From: the human T2T-CHM13v2.0 reference genome, Homo sapiens
DNA length: 64,000 bases
Direction: 5' to 3' (one strand)
Assembly (NCBI RefSeq): GCF_009914755.1
Contig: NC_060925.1
Part shown: positions 31,831 through 46,485 of the stretch, piece after piece
How the letters are laid out: every line of letters starts with the position of its first letter
Position numbering within the stretch: position 1 is the stretch's first letter
The notes under the pieces: generated by a model
The model's input: the letters and a program-made list of their open reading frames with translations, nothing else
What the model was told of the DNA's origin: nothing
The model's database searches: none
Position numbers and translations under genes: made by a program

Positions 31831-33623
31831 GAGGGTCTCCCAGATATCCTAGGAGCCCCCTGAAGCGAAGGACTGACTTAGCACTGGATTCCCTCCTTCC
31901 TGATACATGCCCTCATTCCACACCCACCTGACTTGAATTCTGCCATTCAAGGTCACAGTGGAAATCCAGGAGAGGGCCCAGCTGAGCCTGAGCCGTCTCA
32001 GTGCATCCATCTTCCCAGCACAGCACTCCTGCCCTGCCTGATGCGAAGCTTTAATGATTGTTACAATATTGCAAAACCAACTTCCTCAGCTTCCAGCATT
32101 CTAAGATTAAAGTATTTGATATAAAGCATGCATGCACACACACATTCACACAGGCACACACGCACACACATGCACATACATGCATACAGGCACATGCCGG
32201 CCAGACACCTCCCGGCTGCCTCACAGTCCATGCAATTATATACATAGAGAATGAGAGAGAGAGAGAGACCCTGCTGGTTGGTTCTGTTTCTCTGGAGAAC
32301 ACTGACTAACGCACTAGTTAACCACCACTCTATTTTCTGTCCCTGTGGATTTGCCTATTCTGGACATTTCATATGGCTGAAATCACACAATATGCAGTCT
32401 TTTGGTCTGGTCAGACACAGAGCTGTGCTGGGCCTGGCAGGGGGCAGAGCTGCCCAGGAGGGAGGGAGACTTGCTGGCTGGACAGTGTTCTCCTGGCCCC
32501 AGCATCAGTGAATTCCACCAGACCAGATTTGACAGCCCACCAGCTGGGGCAGGACTGTGAGGACCTCAGAGGCAAGGCTGCCCCCACTCCCCGGCTCCCC
32601 CCGGCTGCTGTGGTGTAGGCAGCCCCCGATGCCTACCTGGGAAGGGGACTGCACAGGGCAGATGAGGTGAAGCTGGTGCTTCCCGATACGCACACGTTAA
32701 TACACTTTGTATATTCAGTCAGGGCCTGTTGGGTCTCAGGCACGGGTCCCTGTCCTGGAGGAACCCAGGACTGACAGCAGACACTGATGGTGAGCATGCA
32801 GAATCAACCTTGGGGGAACTGACCCCAAGGCCAGGGCGCCATGCATCATTGACAGAATTTCCGCAGTGGTTCCAGCCCCTCCATCCCCTCCTGCATGAGG
32901 GACAGCCGAGGGGAGAGCCGCCGCCTCTCCTGTACACAGGGACTCACGGCCGGCGGCGGCTGTGAATCTAGCCTCCATCCTTTCTGTTCATAGCTGCCAT
33001 GTGTGTTGATGAGAACAGATCTCTCTAATTAAAGCTGTCACATCGTTGCCTTAGGATCTCGCCCAAGCTCTGCACAACAGCAAGGGCCTTAACTGCCTGT
33101 TACGCCGGCCTAGACTTTCCCGGAAAGCCAGAGCACCCAGCCGCACCCAGCCCCCTTGGGTAACAACCCCTGCACCACCAGGATTCAGGGGACCCAGTCC
33201 CCGGGGAAACTGCCCTCCCTGCTCAAGGACAGCCCCCCGCCCAAGGGCCCTGGGTCTCCAACCCCTTCTCTGGGCCTGGACATGGCTGGCTTGGCTGTGC
33301 TGGGCAGTGGGCACCCTGTGGGTGACAGGGCCTGCCGTTTCCTTCCCATGGGACCCCTGGAGCCCCACACGGTGTCCCCAGGAAGCTTCGCTGAATGAAT
33401 TTGCTGGCCTGGGCTGGCTCCTTGCCTGGAATGCACTTTCCCACCCCCAACCCATTCTCACCCCGTAAAGCTCAGCACCAGCTTCTCCTCCAGGGAGACC
33501 CCAAGAGGCCAGGCCAGCAGCCCCTGCCCCCACGGTCCCCACAGCCCTCATGTTCATCCTGGGCACCTTGGTCTGATGCCAAGGGTGCGTGTCTGTGTGT
33601 GCATATCTCCCACCTGCTAGTCA

Positions 33624-34137
<514 letters not shown>

Positions 34138-37100
34138 TCAGGTGCCGAGACCTTTCTAAAACATTCCAGAAACCCAAGCTTGACTCTCGTGTCGGGCTTG
34201 AAGGGGTCCACACCAAAGACCCCCTGTGACAGCTGCCCTGTCACTCCCACTCCTTCCTCCGTCTTTGTGACAGGGCTCTGCCTGCATGCCCTGTGCCCTG
34301 GGGCCTTGTAGAGCCTGCATGAGGGTCCATCTACCCCAGCAACTTCCGGCTTGGCCCGAGGAGTGTGAGTGGGTGTGGTGTGAGCTGAAGGGTTCCTGTG
34401 CCTGGCAGTTTGACTTGCCTCTTGGCGCTCCGGCCATCCTTAGGAAGAGGCCCTGGGAGGCTGTGGGTCCAGGGTGAGACTCTCACAGAGCCAGATGGAC
34501 CCTGACCTGCAGCTGGAAGCCGAGCCTCCATAGCCACCCTCAGGATCGTGGGCAAAACCCAAATGCCTGTTGTAAGCCACTGAGTTTGGGGGAATGCGTA
34601 TTTTGGAACATGACTGCAGCACGGAGCTGCCTAATCTGCCCCTCTTTTACCCAGCAAGCTCTGAACCAATTGAGACAAAGTGATTCTAATCCCATCCCAT
34701 CTCCACACACCCTTGGAGCCATCAGTCCCACCCCGACCCGGATTTAAGGTCTGTGTTCTCACTGGAAACGTCATTTGCTCTGCAGCCTAAACGAGAAAGC
34801 GGACCCACCTTTGGACATTTTTGGCTAACAGTAGCTAAGGAAAGACCAGGGCCCATCCATAATCCTTAAGAAACATTATTATTCTATGGAAATTATTCAG
34901 TTAATCTACTTTAATAACCCTGCGCAGGACCCTTAATAGACTGTGGCCTTCACAGCATCAATTTCAGAAATATGAGCTGTGACTTCCATCGGTGGCAGCA
35001 GCACCTAGCATGTGCCCTGATGGATGCTCATTCGTCAGCTTAATGTGCCGTAAGGAGCAGTGGCACTGCCCCCCTTGGGGCGTAAATCTCTCCACTCCCA
35101 GCGCAGGCTTTGGGGGTGCGGGAGGAGCCGTGCGCAGCTTCTACCCGCTCCCAGGGTAGGAAGAGACACGTGCCACCCTGTCCATGATCATGGCCTCATC
35201 AGGCCCCTCCACCTGATTCGCAGGGAAGCTGGGGCTCTCCTCCGTCAGCACACTCACCCCAGGGACTGCAACTGAGGGGTGGCACAGCTGTGCTCAAGGG
35301 CCACAGAGATGGTAGCGTGTGTCTGGGACAGACAGACATTGCCCCGCACATCAGAGATGCTGCTGATGAGTGGACGATTGAACAAAGAAATAAATGAACC
35401 AACTGACACAGCCTCCTAGTAGGGCCACAGATCCCCATGTGCTGGTCTGCAGGGCCAAATGCCAGGGGTGACTTGTTGAGTGCTGGGAGAGTTGCCCCCT
35501 CCCAAAAGTCCCTTTCACCATCCCCAGGGGCTCCCAACCTTGGGCGGCCCTCACTGTAGCACCTACTGCCATGGCCACCCAGCCGAGGACCTGGTCCTAT
35601 GGAGCAGGAGGGGTCAGGGAGAGGTCCTGGGGAGGCAACTCCCCCTATAGCCTCAGGGCACCTCCCTTCATTCTGGCCTGGCTCTTGCTCAGGGCCCCGG
35701 CTCCAGATCTTGTTCAGGCCACGCTGCTTTTAGAAATAAATTGTTTCCAGCAGCCTGTTTCCAAATCTTCATTGATTTTTGTCTCTGTTTTCCCAGCTTC
35801 CTGTGACAAGGGATTATTGTGGGTGACGGATTGCACTCGCCCTGTACTAACCCACTTCTTGAAAGCTGTCCACGGCAGAACTGTGGCTCGGTGGGCCACT
35901 GAGGGCGTTGGGAGGGCCAGGGGGTGCAGGGGGCCTCTCCCTTTGTTCCTCGAGGCAAAGTGAAGGTGCCGTGCGTGGAGCTCCATGGGTTGAGAAGTGG
36001 GTCTGCCTGGCTCAGGTCCCACCACCTCCTCCCACTTGCTCTGTGACTATGAGTAAGTCACCCAAACCTCTGGCCTCAGTCACCTCCCCTGCCCAGCTCC
36101 AGGGCACTGGAGGACTAATCAGGCTCGAGGTGTAGTCTAGGGTGGCCGGGCAGCCCCTGGTGTCAGGACAGCTTCCCTGCGCCACCCTCCCCAGGGTGGC
36201 CCTCAACCTCGGGCTCCCAGATATCCTCTGCATTCATTCCAGGCTTCCAGAGGAGGAAATGGAGCATCTGGGAAACGGAGCTTATATTCTGGGTGACTAG
36301 TGACTGGCAGACCCCTCTCTCCTGCCCCCGTTCCCCCAGCAACCTGTAGCAGGGACATGCGCCCCTCACCTCCTGCCTGGCAGCCCAAGCACCTGCCATC
36401 TGCTGGCCTGAGCCCCACACCAGCACCTTCCAGGGTGCCTCAGCCCATCCCAACGGCCCCAGTGTGATGCTAACGAAATGCCAACCTCTCAGCTCTCAGC
36501 CTTCCTAGAGGTTCCCCTGTGTGCAGTGCAGTTCTCCGTAGGAGGCAGAGGGAGGGGGCCCTTCTCTTCCAAACGCCTCCAGCCTCCAACTCATCAAGGG
36601 CTGCCTCCCCTCCATCCCATGACACTGCAGTGCTGTGGTAGTCAGGGGTCTCTGGAGAAACAGAACCCGAGGATGAGGCGAGGGAGAGAGGGGTGGGGGG
36701 CAGAGAGAGAGAGAGGCGGAGCTGGTGCGTCTGAATTCTGCAGCCCAGGCGAGCAGGCTGGGACCCACAGGACTGATGCTGCAGTCTCAAGCCTGGAGGC
36801 AGAATCCTCTCCTCCTCTGGGACCTCAGCCGTTCTGCTTCAGCCCATCAACTGATTGGGTGAGGCCCACCCACACCGCAGAGACCACCTGCTTCATTCCA
36901 AGTCTCTGATTCACCCGTTAACCATGTTAAAGAACACACCTTCAGAGCAACATCCAGACATGCTTGACCAAATACCTGAGCATCACGGCCCAGCTAAGGT
37001 GATACCTGAGATCAGCCGCCGAAGTGGTGGGGCTGGAGTTCCGCCTCCCCCGGGTCTCGCCTTGGGTTAAGCGTGGCCTCCTCTTGGGTCTCTTTAAAAG

Positions 37101-40034
37101 CCACTATCCCACGGGTCACAGAGTGAGGGCACCCTGCCCCTTGCCATGGGCACCGCTCAGAGGCTAGGCCTCCACAAGCAGAGAGCTGGCAAGATATGGA
37201 GTTGGGACCTGCGGCAAGGTCACCAAACTCGAGAAAGGGGACCTGGGTCAGATGTGGCTTTCTGTGCCTGGTTCCAACCCAGGGGCCCAGATCCCAGGGG
37301 CCACTAGAGGGATGTGTTAAGGGGAAGCTGAGCTCAGGACCCCAGGAAGGAGAGACCCCACGGTCTCAGGAACTGTGGAAAATTCCCATCTCCACCCCCG
37401 TGTTCCCAGCGGGCAGCCGGATCTCAAGATGAACCTGGTGGCCAGGCCGCCAATGGTTGAGCTGTGTGCCTGCAGGAGCGGGGAGGTAACTGGTGGCCAC
37501 CTTTCACCGGGCACTTCCCCGTGTCCACTCGGCAGCAAACACTTGGCAGGCAACCTCATGAATCCTCCCAGCGCCCCATGATGTGCAGTGCTCTTATACC
37601 CATCATGCAGATGAAAAAGTCAAGGCTTCAAGAGGAGCAGAACATGCAGAGGTCACCCAGCGGCTGGGCAGCGGACCTTGAGGCAGTTGAGGCCACTTGG
37701 TGTGATGATGATGCTGTCTGGGGAGGCACCAGCATCATGTGAGCTTCCTCCCATGGCCTGTGATGTTGCTGAGCTCACCCGTGGTTACTGATGAGAAAAC
37801 TAAGGCTTGGAGAGGTTGGTGAGTCACTTGGGTGGGACGTCAGTCCATTTGACAACAGCACCCAGGGCCTCCCTCCCTGCACCATGCTGGAGATGCCTGT
37901 CTCCACAGAACCTGCTGCATACAGCAGCTCTGTGGCCAGCAGGGGCAGTGGGGCCAGGTGCCCGCTGAGCTGTCACTTGCTGCCACCCAAACCATGAGCT
38001 TATGTCACCAGGCCAAAGAAGAACGGGAGATGTGCCTCTGGGAAGAGCCCAGGGGAGCCCCTCTCCTGAGATCTGATTCACAGATCCATGTTGACTAGAT
38101 AGGTCAGAGCCCTCCCCTGGCCATCAAGGGGCTCCTGGGCCACAGGTCCCAGGAAGTGGCAGTTACATTGCTCGGAGCCATCGAGCAGGGCAGAAGGGGG
38201 CTTCAAGCTGCCCCCAGCTAGAGCCTGACCACCTGCATCCGGGCCCCCAGTGAGTGTCAAATAAGGTCCTGGACCGCACGGCACCTGCCTCATGCTCGGG
38301 AAGTGACCAAACGTGATGGTAGGAGATAAAGCCAGAGACATGGGGTGACAGGTTTGAACAGGCCTGAGCTGGCGGCTGGGGGGCTGTGCTCATCTGCTGG
38401 TGAAAGAGGGGGACACACCTGCCCTCCTCATTCAGCGCCCCACTCTTCCCAGGTCCCTGGCACCACACTCTCCAGCACACCCCGCTGACAGGGAAGGGCC
38501 TAGGATACGCAGATGACCTGTCTAGGCTTCCAGCTGTGTGGCTAGGAGCCAGTCACTGAGGCTCTTTGGCCTCAGTTTCCCAACTCATCGAGCAGGGTAT
38601 TAGCGGGGCTTGCCTAGTCCCAGGCTGGGTGGGAGTCCCAAAGAGAGGGTGCGGCCGGAAGCAGGGCACTGGAACCCCACCAGCTGTTCTGAGTAGAGGA
38701 GGCCTGGAGCTTGAAGAAGTGTGCTTTTGCCTACTCAGAAGGTGGCCACGAGTGGAAAGGGGATTTCTAGCCAAGCCAGATGCGGGTGGAATTCGCATGC
38801 AGGCCTTGCAGTGCCAACAGGAGGCCCACCTGCAGAACAGCCCATCATGACCATGTCATCATGGCTGGCCTAAAGGGGTCCAAGGCCAGGCAGACCTTGG
38901 CTTACCCCTTCAAATGCTGAATTCCTGAGACTTTCCCTTAACTTGGGCAAAGAAAAGACACTTCCTGCATCTGCATAGATTCCTGGGACTAGAGGCTAGG
39001 AAGTCAGGACTGCCAGGTACAGTTGTCCAGGTTGCGCACCTGCTGTAAACAGCGCCCCTGGAGTAGTGTGGGTGGGGAAGGTGCTAAGACCAAACTAATC
39101 CCGAGGTGGCCTGACATCATGGAGAGCTCCTGGGCTCCCAGCTCAGCACCTCTTAGCTGTGCCACCCCAATGCTACTTAACCTTAACAAGCTTCTGTCCT
39201 TCGCCTGAAAAATGAGCACCGAGGCACCTCCCCTGCACAGCCGCTGAAGAAAGTAGATCCACTAATATCTGAAAAGTGCCTGGGACCACGCCTAGCACAG
39301 AGCAGGAGCTTAGCAAACAACAGATCTCATCGCTGTGGTCCCGGAATCTCCAGGCCTCATTTACACACAGAGCTGCCTCAGCCCCTGCCAGAGCCCTGCA
39401 GCACGCTGGGCTTCTCTGCCAGCCTCACCCTCCACTGCTAAGCCCCAGAGTCTGGTCGAGCCGCTCCACGCCCAGCGCTGCCCACAGCACAGCCGCCACT
39501 GCCTGCATCGCCCCCTTTCCTCGTGACCCAGAATCAGCCTTGTTTAATCCAGAAACCATCTCTCCAACTCTCCGAGAACCCAGACTAGGGACAGACATCA
39601 GGACAAAGGCGACTCTCGCCTCTCACCCCCGAGCTGGTTTGCGGAGAAAGTCCTTGAGAAACAGTGCTGGGCAAGGAGCGGAGCTTCGGTGAACCGCAGA
39701 GCTCCTGATCAGCACCATGGAGAGCGTCGTCGCCTGCACCCCGGCAGCCTCAGCGCGCACAGGAGGGTGGGTGTTTGTGTCGCCTGATGCTGCTTCTTGG
39801 GGGTCATTGGGAAATGAACTCCAAGGCCTCTCAGCCAGGTGGGGATTGCAGGGCAGAAGGGGCCTGAGGAGGCACTGGGGAGGAAACGGGTCCTCCTGTT
39901 TGGGTCCCCCCAAGATTCCTATGCTGAGACCTCATCTCCGGGGTGATGGTAGAAGGGGGAGCCTTCAGAGGTGAACAGGTCACAAGGGCTCTGCCCTCGC
40001 GAATGGGATGAGTGCCCTCATAAAAGAGGCCCCA

Positions 40035-40657
<623 letters not shown>

Positions 40658-41909
40658 AAAGAGGCCCCAGAGAGTGCCTTGCCTATTCTGCCACATGAGA
40701 ACATGGCGAGAAGCCACCAGCTGTGAGCCCTCCGCTGACACCGAGTCTGCTGGCACCTTGGTTTTTGACTTCCCAGCTTCCAAACTGCGAGCAATAAATG
40801 GATGTTGTTTATAAATTACCCAGTCTAAGATATTCTGTCACAGCAGCCCAACAGACTAAGACATTGAATGAAACAACAGCCATAGAAGATGGAAGGATTT
40901 GTTCTGGCAAGAGTCCTTTGACAAATATCAATTGAGCATCTACCATGATCCAGGCCCTGGGTGCTCGGCCAGTAGCACTTTTGAGATTGCTGAGAATTGC
41001 AGAGCTGCGTGGAGTTCTGATTCACCAACCTCGTCCAAAGGCTCAGTCTCTGCTTTAATTACTCAATGTGTTTGGGAAGGAATTGGCGTGTCTGGGAAAC
41101 AGCCAAGCTCAATGACGGGGGCCCCGGACTTGCCCATCAAGCCTGCCTGGCACTGCTTCCAGTCGCACACTGCATGTCAGTGGCTTGGAGGAGCTTTTGT
41201 CACTGTCACTTGTGTGAGAGAGCCGTAGCTGAGGGTGGTCTGAGTGCTGCCTCTGCAGCCCCAGAGATGGAGCCCACTAGCACGGTGGCTTGCAGGCCAT
41301 GAGACGCACTGGAAGCTTCCTCCCTGGCATGGCTATCCAGGCCCCTGGCTCTCCTGCTGTAGTTGTAAGTTAAAAGGAAACAGAAAGATCACAGCACACT
41401 CCATCAGTCCCCTTTCCAAACCCCCGTGGCACCCACTGTTTCGGTCCAGGCCAGCATCCCGCCAGGGAAGCCTCCCCTCACCATCCAGGGTTCTCCAGCC
41501 TGCACGAAGGCCAGCAGCATCCAGGGAGCAGGAAGGCAGAGGACACCTCCAGGAGCAGCCAGTTATGGAGCGAGCTGGAGGATAAGACCCAGCCTCCCCG
41601 TACTCAGGGGCCCACTGCAGTGTCCACATTGCCCAGAGCTCCCATGGATGAGACAGACCCACTGCCCAGAGCAGAAGCAGCCTGAAGACGTGCCCTCCAT
41701 GCACTCCCTTCCCTCCACCCCTGGTCTCTACTTATGCTTCCAACCCATCTTCCAAATAATCTGCTTCTGGGAAACCCAACCTGAAACAGATGGTTTCCTA
41801 ACAGGGCAATCTTGCTTACAGGAAACTTCTAGAAGAGGCTGAGCTGCAGACACACAGGAATGGATCCAAGGAGAACTAGGGGAACTGAAACCCACCGAGA
41901 AAAGTGTGA

Positions 41910-42090
41910 TGTCAACACACACACTCACACACATAAATGCACACTCATGCATTCTCGCACACACACTGACACACACAATACACTCACACACTCTGACACT
42001 GACACACTAACACATACACACACGTACACATTGACACACTAACACTGTCACAAGCTCACACACTGACACACATTCACACACACACACAGG
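41910..42090. repeat. CA-rich low-complexity repeat
   Basis: Directly visible. Confidence 0.85.
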
Positions 42091-42487
42091 CATCACATGG
42101 CAAGGGCTGAATGACCCTGAGGACAATCGTGCATGCTCACTTTCTTCACTATTTAAAAACAATCATTCTTTAAAAATAATCTCATTTCTTCCTTTTAAAA
42201 ACAAAGTTGATCTAAAATAACTGATCCTCAGGCTAACTGGTGTGATGATCACTGACAGGTGACTAACTAACTGAATTCATCAGCCAGGGTAGAGGCAAGC
42301 CTAAATATTTGTTTAAATTGTTGACCTGAACTAATCCCTGCTTGGCGTGTCTGAATAAAGCAGCAACATGCTCAGAGAGGAGGGTGTGCAGTGGCGTCCC
42401 CAGTGGGTCACGCTGCCGTCGCCAACAGTGGATAACGAGGCCGGGGTGGGGGCGCAGCGCTGTCGACTCCGTGGCTCTCTCAGATCA

Positions 42488-42699
42488 TCCACTGGTTAAA
42501 GTAAAAGACAGCTGAACCCTCATGGGGCCATTCATACAAGTCCCTATTTAAGGAACAAGTGATTATGCTACCTTTGCACAGTCAGGGTACCGTGGACGTT
42601 AAACACATGTCACTGGGCAGGCAGGGCCTCTAATACTGACAGTGCTAGAGGTGATGTTTTCGGTAAACAGGCGGGGTAAAAATTTGCCAAGTTCCTTTT
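42488..42699 (-). pseudogene. NUMT: nuclear copy of a ~210-bp segment of mitochondrial 16S rRNA (MT-RNR2), including the start of the humanin reading frame
   Basis: The reverse complement reads aaaaggaacttggcaaatttttaccccgcctgtttaccgaaaacatcacctctagc...tgcaaaggtagcataatcacttgttccttaaatagggacttgtatgaatggccccatgagggttcagctgtc, matching the conserved mt-16S region as I recall it. Confidence 0.93.
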
Positions 42700-43880
42700 T
42701 CCATGTCTGTGGATGGCCTCGCCTCAGGAGATGAGCACCCAGGAGAGAAGTGAGCTCTGTCCCCAGCCCTGCCACAGAAGCCTGGGCTGCACAGGTCCCA
42801 CCCCTTCCCGTGCATTTACTTCTGGGCCTCCCTCTTCCCAAGGCCCCCAGGTCTCTGGGCCACCAGAGGCAGGAAGCCTAGGGCCTGGAGCCAGTCATGG
42901 GCTCTGGAATCCAGCCGTGGGTGTCTGGCCCTGTGTTGACCTGCACCGATGCCACACGCCCCTCCAGAAGCCGCAAAAAAAGCACCAGCATTCCACTTCA
43001 GAGTCAGAGCCATGTACTGACTGGGGGATGATGAAAAGATCAAAACAAACACTTAGTTTAGCAAGGAACGAACATGTAAGAATCCATATTTCTAAAATTA
43101 CACGTGAGCACAACGTGTCCAGCAGGAGATGACGCTCTATGGCTGGCTTGAATGAATCTCCCTGAGGGACGTCCTTGTCGCAGGAGCAGAGCTGGCCCGG
43201 CCTGGAGCGAGGCCCTGCAGGGTTGGACTCTACCTGGCCTCAGCACCTCAGGATGACGGCAGCAGCTTCCCGGGGCTCAGCAACCCCAGGCCATCCCCAC
43301 GGTCACTGCTAATTACGTTTTTATCTCCATAAAAAAAAATCTGATGACCTCAGAACAGAAACATTCTAATTGTGAAAACACTTTGTATTCCACATCTAAT
43401 TAGGAGAACTGCAGGAGTGCCCCCCAACCAAGGTTACTGGAAGATTCTGGGATAGAACTGAGAGTAATTTTGAATGACCCCTGCTCCTGGCCCCCTTCCG
43501 CCCTACAGGGAACTTCTGTGGGCTTCCTTGCTAGGGAGACAGTGAACATTTCTGCTCGGCTTAGAGGTTCAGGCCAGACGCCTCTGCGGGAGTCCCCGAT
43601 TTCAGTTCTCCTGGCCAATGTCAAATGGCTCGAGCTGTTCGCTAGTTGAAGTTGCTGAAAGTCCAGTTTTGCTGTGGGAAGAGCACCCTAGAGAAAAGAC
43701 CAAGTGTAAGCCTCAGGCCCTTCTGCTCCAGATGGCCTGAAGATGGGAGCCTGGGGACAGAGCCCCTGCCACTCCCAAAGGGCAGCGGAACCTTCAGGAA
43801 GGCATCAGTCTGGCCAGGGAGAGGCACATTCATTCATTCATGCATGCATGCATCCATTCAACTTCACACCTAGTAAGTGC

Positions 43881-44258
43881 TGATATGGTTTGGATCTGTG
43901 TCCCCGCCTAACTCTCGTGTGAAATTGTAATCCCCAGTGTTGGAGGAGGGACCTGGTGGGAGGTGATGGCATCATGGGGCGGATTTTCCCCCTTGCTGTC
44001 TTTGTGATAGTGAGTTCTCAGGAGATCCGGCTGTTTCAAAGTGTGTAGCACCTCTCCCTTCACCCTCTTCCTCCTGCTGCAGCCATGTAAGACGTGCCAG
44101 CGGCTTCCCCCCATCTTCCAGCATGATTGTAAGTTTCCTGAGGCCTTCCAGCCATGCTTCCTGTACAGCCTGTGGAACCGTGAGGCAATTAAACCTTTTC
44201 TTTATAAGTTACCAGTCTCCGGTAGTTCTTAATAGCAATGTGAGAACAAATGAATACA
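43881..44258 (+). mobile_element. MSTA-like MaLR solo LTR
   Basis: tgatatggtttggatctgtgtcccc...gtgagaacaaatgaataca, with near-TSD agtgc/agtac. Confidence 0.85.
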
Positions 44259-46112
44259 AGTACCTACTTAATAAACAGGTTGACCCATTTATTGCCACTA
44301 GAGATTAAAATATTAAATCACAAACAGAGCAAAGCCTGGTGTATTGTAAATCTTTAATAAATGTGAACTCTTATTATTTGTTTAGACGCTAGTATTGTTG
44401 AGATGCAGTGGTGACAAAGATCAAGTCCTCTTGAATCTGATATTCTAACGGGGAAGACAGATAGTAAGCAGGTAAGTGAATCAATGTAAATGGAGTTTAG
44501 AGCAATGGAAGGCAGCGTGAGCCACCTGAGGCTGGGGCAGCAGTAGCTCTTGCTGTGTCATTAACTACCCCAAACCCCAGCGGCTCACAACACTGAGACA
44601 TTCATTTAGCTCATGGCTCTGTGGGTTGGCATCTGGGCTGGGCTCAGCAGGGCAGTTCTTTTGGCCCAAGACAGGATGTGGCAATGATGGCTGGACCCCT
44701 CACGCATGTGTAATCTGCAGGGGCTGATACAGGCTGAGGGGATGGCCGGGTCACCTGGGACTCCAATCACATGGTCTCTCATCCCCTGGTAGGTTCTTGT
44801 GGGCTTATCCCCATGGTGCCCTCAGGGTCCTGAGAGCTCAAGAGCAGAGCAGCAGGCAGAGTGGGCCGAGCCCAGGCAGGGCACCATGCCACCCCCGCCG
44901 CATCCTAGTCATCCTAGCCCCAGGGGTAACACAGACCCCACCATGATGGGAGACTCCATAGAACACCACACCTACATTCAGGACTTATCCCAGGAAATGT
45001 CTCCCCTAGCCAGGTGCCCGGCAGCCCTCTCTAGGAGGCACCACCACAGAAGGAAGAGCCAGCCACGTGGGCGATTCCAGGCAGAGTGCAGAGAAGGCCC
45101 TCGCTCTGGCTAGGAGTGGCCTGCATGGGCTGGTGGGGGAGGCTGGTGGCAGCCAAGGCCGACGGGAGGGGATTCGTGGACTGTCAGGCAGCAGAGGACT
45201 CCAGGCAGGGGGGCAGCTGAATTGGCAACATTCAATTCTTCCAGGAATATTCTTGGAGAGCCTCTGGCAGGGAACAAAGACAAACTCCATGTGTGGCAGG
45301 CGGACAGACATGAAGGAGCTGAGAGGTGCTGTGGAGAACGGGAGTCCCAGGGAGGGTGATTTGGGGAGTGGGATGCAGGGGAGGCCTCTCAGATGAATGG
45401 GCAATCAAAGCTCCTTCCCCACTGAGGCCGGGGAGTGAGCCACGTGGCTACCTAGGAGAAGAGCATTCCAGGCAGAGGGAAAGGCATGTGAATGCCCCGA
45501 GGTGCAGCCTGCTGGACACATTTGACAAGCAAGGAAATGTGTGGCCAGAGCCACAGACCAGGGGAGGAGTCAGCAGAGGGGAGGTGGGAGCAGTGGCTCG
45601 GGCTTGGGGCCATCCCATGGACTCCAGCTGAATGATGTGGGAGCCACTGGAGGTCCTGCCTGGACTGGTGTGTTCACAGGGTGCTGTGTCTGCCATGGGG
45701 TGGGGGGATGGCAGGAGACAGTCAGGAGCCATGGCAAAACCTCCAAAGACAGCAGCAGGTGCAGACCACCAGGAGGCTGATCACCAAGGTGCATTTTTGC
45801 TGAGCATGGTGTGCAAATCTCCAGCAGGATCAAGAATGACCCAGATGAGCCCACATGGCCAGCTCTCCAGCCTGTCCAGCAACCAGGAGCATCTTCCTGA
45901 AACTGCACTTGCTTAGGCTGCACGAGGGCCCAGCTCTGAGCAGAGATGTCTCCTCTCGAAATCTCACCCTTTTGCAGGCCCTACACCTTGAGAGTCTGGG
46001 GAAAGCTACGGATCCTCCCTCCATGAAAATTCCTCTGCACACAGAATTCTGCACGTGATTTCACGGGTTTCAGAGACTCCTGACTGAAAGGGGAAAGGAT
46101 GGGAGATCCCCC

Positions 46113-46485
46113 TGTATTAGTCCATTTTCACGCTACTGATAAAGACATACCCAAGACTGGGCAATTTACAAAAGGAAGAAGAGATTTAATGGATTTACAG
46201 TTCCACGTGGCTGGGGAGGCCTCACAAGTAGGATGGAAGGCAAGGAGGAGCAAGTCACGTCTTACATGGATGGCAGCAGGCAAAGAGAGAAAGCTTGTGC
46301 AGGGAAACTCCCATTTTTAAACCATAAGATCTCGTGAGACTCATTCCTTATCACGAGAACAGTGCAGGGAAGACCCACCCCCATAATTCAATCACCTCCC
46401 ACCAGGTTCCTCCCATGACATGCAGGAATTGTGGGAGTTACAATTCAAGATGAGATTTGGGTGGGGACACAGCCAGACCATATCA
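46113..46485 (-). mobile_element. THE1-type MaLR solo LTR
   Basis: tgtattagtccattttcacgctactgataaagacatacc...cacagccagaccatatca, with the 5-bp TSD ccccc on both sides. Confidence 0.9.

Noticed and set aside
42488-42699. Functional rRNA or humanin-like gene
   Set aside because: It is only a ~210-bp fragment, and the humanin frame has a stop at codon 4 plus a 1-nt deletion.
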